From the NCBI GenBank assembly GCA_035221665.1, contig CM069174.1:10912001-10976000 (forward strand): DNA of 64,000 nucleotides, read 5' to 3'. The notes under the pieces are model-generated. The model was given only the letters and a program-made list of their open reading frames with translations, was not told where the DNA came from and ran no database searches. Source of the DNA: Okamejei kenojei (taxonomy: Eukaryota). Each line of letters begins with the position of its first letter. The stretch's first letter is position 1. The position numbers and the translations under genes are program-made. Shown piece after piece: positions 61,010-64,000 of this stretch.

Positions 61010-61560
61010 TGCATATCCCTGGCACTGATTTTAAATGCAGTATGCTATCCAACATGCACTGCTGCTGCTCGATTTCAACGCTACTTTTACATTTTACTGC
61101 ACTGCTGCTGCATCAGCCATGCACTGCTTTTAATTGACTTATTTTTCAATGTGCTTTGCCGTGCGATTCTTGCGCTGCTTTGGAATGGCGCTTTCCTGCA
61201 TTGCTGCTTGTCGATACTTGCATCGCTTTAAAATGCATTACATTTTGCGACATGCTTTGCTGTATTGTTGCTGCCCAATTCTTGCATTGCTTTTAAATGC
61301 ATTTCTTCATGACATACTTTGCTACACCACCACTGCTGCTGCTTCTTGCGCTGCTTTCAAGTGCACTATGTTTGCCAACGTGCTTTGCCGCATTGCTGCT
61401 TCATTTTAAACACACTTCACTTTCTGACGATCTTTGCTGCCAGATTCCTGTGCTGCTGTTAAATGCACTACATTTCCTACGCACTTTGCTGCGCTGGTTT
61501 TAAATGAACCCTTTTTCAAAGTGCTTTGCTGTGTTTTTGAACAGCTTTTAATTGTTCTGC
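61010..61560. repeat. Degenerate variable-unit (40-65 bp) tandem array
   Basis: About 11 units beginning tttaaatgc and containing tgctttgc / tgctgct motifs. Confidence 0.65.
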
Positions 61561-61996
61561 TCCAGACTGGCCACACACACGCCTCGGCCCATGGCCTTTA
61601 AATTTAGAGATTGAAAAATTGGTATTATACAGAAGATTGACTTGGCGAAAACAAGGACTCGGTGAGCAAAAAGGTTGAAGACAGAGACAGGGAGACACTG
61701 AGCCAGTGCAGCAGTTATGTCGAGGTAGGTGGAAGAGCGAGTGAGCTGGGCAATCATTTTCCAGCTGACCATGAGCGCAGGCATTTTGAAGCATTTTGAA
61801 GTAGGCAAGATAATACAGCTGTCTAAAGAAATTAGGTAGTGATTGAGTTGGCACTAGTAAAGTTCGAAACCCTGCATATGCCAAGGTTTATTGAGATACC
61901 CAAGACATTTTTATAATACAAGAGAACTGTAAACAAAACCTGAAGGTTTTGCCCAAAACATTAATGAGTATGTATTCTGAAAACATTGGCTGACGT

Positions 61997-62163
61997 AGGA
62001 ACTGCAGATGCTGGTTTAAACCGAAGATAGACACAAAAAGCTGGAGTAACACAGCGGGACAGGCAGCATCTCTGAACCCTTTTTGAGTCTGAAGAAACAT
62101 CGCCCATTCCTTCGCTCCAGAGATGCTGCCTGTCCCGCTCAGTTACTCCAGCCTTCTGTGTCT
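61997..62163. mobile_element. Penelope-derived palindromic element with 15-bp TSD
   Basis: AACATTGGCTGACGT at 61982-61996 and 62164-62178. Confidence 0.8.
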
Positions 62164-62241
62164 AACATTGGCTGACGTGCCTTTCACCCAGTGTGTCCCA
62201 GTTTAGCCGGGCATTATTCGGTTTCTTATTTCACTGCTTAC

Positions 62242-62314
62242 CTGCTTAAGTTTTCAGCGTAGAAGAACAGCAGCAGCCCAAACGTGAAGATAAGGATCAG
62301 CTGTGGATCAAAAC
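62242..62314 (-). CDS. NEMP1: NEMP1 coding exon
   Basis: tttgtag|(R)FDPQLILIFTFGLLLFFYAENLS(R)|gtaagc, 73 nt. Confidence 0.93.
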
Positions 62315-63787
62315 CTACAAAAGAATAGATCAAGATGAGACAGATGCACAACTTAACCAAAGGTAGACGTACTTTATTGTCACTTGTACCCAAGTACAGT
62401 GAATTTTGTTTTTGCATACCATTCAGCGACAATCCTACTATACATTATAGACAATTATACTGTACAAGAGTGCGGGATGGTAGGCCACACTGAGGCAATA
62501 CACAAGAGTCACCACGTTTTAGGTGTCATCCTGTACTCAAGGCCGAAATTTATTAAAAAACGTTAGTCTTAACTTGGTCATAAAGGCCCAAAATCTTGGT
62601 ACTTCAATAGGTTCAACATGTCAATGGGTTTGACTAACTCAGCCAGAAGGAGATACAGGTTGAAACCTTCTGCTCCTGTGGCATGTTTTGAATCTGGTGC
62701 CACTGGTTTGTGGAGAAGCCACCAGGCAGGTGTAGCACCGATCTGCCAAGATTGTTTATATTTGTGGCTGATATTTTCTGCTTTAAGCTTTATTATACAT
62801 ATTTCAACAGCATGAAAGTGCAGTACAGAGTCTCAACTGTAAGCTTCATATTATATTTCAGAAAATAAAAGCCATTTCTGGCAGTATTAGTTTTATTTGA
62901 CATCGTAATGACATAGCAATAAATATTCCGGGTGAAATAGCAAGCCTAGTGGTTTTGGCTTATGTCCATGTAGGGGGTTCTCAGGGTAATTTCTGTGATC
63001 CAGCACCAGTCATGTCTCAAGGGTGCCGGACTGGAGCGTTTCAACCTCTAAAAAGTGTTCCAAAAGATTACAAATAAAAAGTACACCCACAGGGATATTT
63101 AATATTAGCCTTCAGTGTAAAGCACTTTGCCTAGATATGTGAAAAAGACCACTTGGAAAAGGAACGAGCGTATGTGGCATCTATGGTGATACATCTGTTC
63201 AATTCAGCAGGAAATGGGTGATACATCAGGGGCAGCACCCTGTAAGAATGTTTACTTTAAAAAAATATATCTTTCCGACTCATTTCCATAAATACTCTGG
63301 AACCAAACTTAGAACATAGTACAGTGCAGGAACAGGCCCTTTGGCCCTCAATGTCTGTTCCGACCATGACACTAATTCAAACCAATTCCAGCTGCCCGCT
63401 CAAGATCCAGATCCCTCCACTACCTGTCCGTTCATAAAAGCAAGATTATTGTCCGGCTCGCCCCCGCTCTTCAAGATGCCGCATCAAACCTTCCCAGTAA
63501 ACAGTTCATTCAAATCTTGGAAAACACTTGCGTCTTAGCCATGAAAACCTCAAAATAAGTGAAAATATGAAGGTGCTGTCCATAGGAAGCTGTGCCAACT
63601 TATAAAACCAATTGGCAAAAGACTTACTGAGGAAATGGGCATTGGGGAAAATGTCTGAAAAGTGACAAACAGCAGACTTGAAACAAGGAGGCAGCAACTA
63701 AACAATATGAGTTTACACCAGCGTCATGGCACTGGAAACCAAGCTGCCATGAATTATAAGGAACAAAGTGGATTACTAAATACTCAC

Positions 63788-64000
63788 GGCGTGTCAATAG
63801 GACGTCGTAATCCACTTTACTGCTTGGTTCCACCTTAAAGCAAGTTTTGTTGCTGAACAAATCAACATTAAGGTAAGTTTCATTCACTTTCTCCTTCAGC
63901 ATCGATGTGGCTGAATCCACGATCCAACTCCACACCCCTGGATCTTCCATCTCCATTTCATCATCCACTTGCTTGATTTTAAATTTCTCAGAGCTGTTCA
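63788..64000 (-). CDS. NEMP1: NEMP1 coding exon (runs off the right edge)
   Basis: NSSEKFKIKQVDDE...LKEKVNETYLNVDLFSNKTCFKVEPSSKVDYDVLLTR|gtgagt; matches the NEMP1 LKEKLNDTYVNV.LYS.KTCLKVE region. Confidence 0.9.

Noticed and set aside
60881-61503. Cys/Leu-rich ORFs
   Set aside because: Translations of the TGC-rich tandem array, antisense to NEMP1.

Overview
Eukaryotic genomic DNA from a vertebrate, most likely a cartilaginous fish (skate/ray-like, inferred from the repeat families). It holds parts of four spliced genes, and I traced all exon boundaries by hand: (1) GDF11-like exon 1 (- strand, 7985-8381) with a myostatin-type core promoter; (2) complete ORMDL2 (+, 3 coding exons, 153 aa); (3) complete DNAJC14 (-, 6 coding exons, 845 aa); (4) the last seven coding exons of NEMP1/TMEM194A (-), the first of them cut by the window edge. 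Non-coding space is filled with CR1 LINE pieces, Deu- and V-type SINEs, a Tc1 MITE, probable Harbinger and Helitron fragments, Penelope-like (GIY-YIG) remnants and degenerate tandem arrays. The most striking signals are catalytic-RNA motifs inside mobile elements. First, a ~141-bp TSD-flanked retro-insertion (1992-2132) begins with a fully paired, minimal HDV/CPEB3-like ribozyme fold (1993-2046). Second, an abundant family of palindromic Penelope-derived elements with 13-18-bp target-site duplications carries a minimal hammerhead core. A 275-bp foldback lies in a NEMP1 intron. Family names and comparisons to other species come from recalled knowledge, not database searches; ribozyme activity is predicted, not shown.
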